In this document: piece after piece, positions 62,447 through 64,000 of the stretch
How the letters are laid out: the number at the start of each line of letters is the position of its first letter
Position numbering within the stretch: the stretch's first letter is position 1
Assembly (NCBI GenBank): GCA_965232515.1
Contig: CBDDPY010000002.1
Coordinates: 6,272,001-6,336,000 of the forward strand
Source: Alphaproteobacteria bacterium
GTDB lineage: Bacteria; Pseudomonadota; Alphaproteobacteria; GCA-2731375
Length of the DNA: 64,000 bases
Reading direction: 5' to 3'
Position numbers and translations under genes: made by a program
The notes under the pieces: model-generated
Seen by the model: the letters and a program-made list of their open reading frames with translations, nothing else
Told to the model about the DNA's origin: nothing
Database searches by the model: none

Positions 62447-64000
62447 ATGAGGCCGGATGGGCCGACAATTGAGGCTGGAGAGGTGCATCGCAGCGACCAC
62501 GACAAGGATCAGGCCTCGGCGCCACCGGCCGACCGCGCCATCGGCCCATCGCGGACGGCGGCGTTCCGCCGGCGGGTCGCCGATCACATGGCGCCGCCGC
62601 CGCCGCAGCTGGCGGTTGACGCGACCTGCGCCGCGGCGATTGAGCAAATGCGGGCATCAACGGCGGCCAGCGTCGTCATCACCGGCGCGGACGGTCGGCC
62701 GGCCGGGATTCTGACCGAACGCGACGTCGCCAGGCGCGTGGTATTCGACTTGCCGCCGGAAACGCAGGTCGAGACCGTGATGTCGGCGCCGCTCGTCACG
62801 ATCCAGGCGGACGATCTGCTGTTTCACGGCATCGCCCGCATGCGGCGCGACGGCTTCCGGCATATGCCGGTCGTCGACGCCGCGGGACAGGTCGTCGGCC
62901 TGCTGCATCTGCATGAGGCCTTGAGCACGGCGGCGGCGCAGCTCGTCGATCAGATCGATCGCCTGACCCACAGCGAAACGCTGTCGGGTCTGGCCGAGGT
63001 GAAGCGGGCCCAGGTCGAGGTGGCCGAGGAGTTGTTTGCCGACGACATGCCGGCGCTCGAAATCCAGGCCCTGCTGACCGACCTGAACAACGACATCTAT
63101 GCCCGTGCCACCGAGCTCTGCCTCGGCGCGATGACGGCTGAAGGGTTGGGGCCGCCGCCGACCGGCTTCTGCGTGCTGGTCATGGGCTCGGGCGGGCGTG
63201 GCGAGAGCTTTCTGAACCCCGATCAGGACAACGGCTTCATCATCGACGACTATCCGGACGCCGACCATGACCGCATCGACGGCTGGTTCAATGAGCTCGC
63301 CGGACGCCTGACCACGGCGCTCGACGACATCGGTCTGCCGCTTTGCAACGGCGGCGTGATGGCGACCAACCCGACCTGGCGCAAGACCAACAGCCAATGG
63401 CGTCGGCAGATGGACTACTGGATCGCCAAGCAGAACCCCGGCACGCTGAGGCTGGCCGACATCTTCTTCGATTTCAAACCGGTCTATGGCGATGCGTCTT
63501 TGGCCGACATTCTGCGCGATCACATCCTGCACCGGATCCGCAGCAATACCCGCTTTCTGCGAGAGGTGTACCGGTTGGACGAGGCTTACGGCGTCGGTCT
63601 GGGGTTGTTCAATCGGTTCATCGTCGAGCGCGACGTCGAGCCGCATAAGGGTAAACTGAACCTGAAGATATCGGGCTCGCTGCCTCTGGTCGAAAGCGTG
63701 CGGATCCTAGCGCTGCGCGAGGGGATCGCGGATACCTCGACGCTGGCGCGGATCGAGGCACTGCGTGACAGCGGCGTCCTGGACAGCGACGAGGCAGACT
63801 ATCTGCAGGGCGCCTTCCGTCACATCACCGATCTGCTGCTACGGCAGCAACTGGCCGACTATCGGGCCAATGGGCGTGTCAGCAACTATGTCCACCCCGA
63901 CAATTTCAGCGAGCGCGAGCGCGATATGCTGGTCGACGGCTTCAAGGCTATCCGGGCGCTGCAACGACGCCTGCGGAGTGAACTGACCGGCGATCTGTTT
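62447..64000 (+). CDS. CBS-pair plus DUF294 nucleotidyltransferase-like protein, 3'-truncated by window (absent from ORF track)
   Basis: Open frame 62447-64000: GILTERDV, FRHMPVVD (CBS), LVMGSGGRGESFLNPDQDNG (GS...DxD), LCNGGVMATNP.W, DIFFDF, NLKISG; start 62447 or GTG 62483. Confidence 0.88.
   Translation, partial: MRPDGPTIEAGEVHRSDHDKDQASAPPADRAIGPSRTAAFRRRVADHMAPPPPQLAVDATCAAAIEQMRASTAASVVITGADGRPAGILTERDVARRVVFDLPPETQVETVMSAPLVTIQADDLLFHGIARMRRDGFRHMPVVDAAGQVVGLLHLHEALSTAAAQLVDQIDRLTHSETLSGLAEVKRAQVEVAEELFADDMPALEIQALLTDLNNDIYARATELCLGAMTAEGLGPPPTGFCVLVMGSGGRGESFLNPDQDNGFIIDDYPDADHDRIDGWFNELAGRLTTALDDIGLPLCNGGVMATNPTWRKTNSQWRRQMDYWIAKQNPGTLRLADIFFDFKPVYGDASLADILRDHILHRIRSNTRFLREVYRLDEAYGVGLGLFNRFIVERDVEPHKGKLNLKISGSLPLVESVRILALREGIADTSTLARIEALRDSGVLDSDEADYLQGAFRHITDLLLRQQLADYRANGRVSNYVHPDNFSERERDMLVDGFKAIRALQRRLRSELTGDLF

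Overview
GC-rich chromosomal segment of an alphaproteobacterium (Rhodospirillales-like gene order; inferred, not placed by phylogeny). No phage, IS, integrase or CRISPR array is visible. Left to right: C-terminus of an EF-G paralog; a hydratase; dps with an Irr/ICE box; FMN-riboswitch ribH2; class III cyclase; AraC-GyrI regulator; BCCT transporter; a TPP-riboswitch operon of an orphan TRAP binding protein plus thiM; msrP; a nucleoside uptake/catabolism operon (BMP-ABC, cdd, PNP, deoC, deoA, PHYHD1-like dioxygenase, add); a candidate sRNA next to lysR-trxB; lrp, greA, carAB, yqeY, dnaG, rpoD, tRNA-Ile2; a TRAP operon; aldolase, GST, crotonase; an AhpD-like gene with an in-frame UGA; GcvT-like and BHMT-like genes; a frameshifted C45 peptidase; fused indolepyruvate oxidoreductase; and a symporter/signalling cluster. 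Best leads: (1) an ScfR/RamB/PrpR-family regulator with an inserted His-less copy of the DHp domain of the neighbouring symporter-fused histidine kinase (22/50 identical, ungapped), next to a receiver-only response regulator and a CBS-DUF294 nucleotidyltransferase; (2) a probable selenoprotein (CVY-U-TTSH plus SECIS-like hairpin) that the ORF track splits in two; (3) a TPP-regulated carboxylate-binding TRAP protein coupled to thiM, suggesting carboxythiazole salvage; (4) a PHYHD1-like dioxygenase inside the nucleoside operon; (5) a ~165-nt structured sRNA candidate with its own promoter and LysR box. All family calls come from recognised motifs, not database searches.
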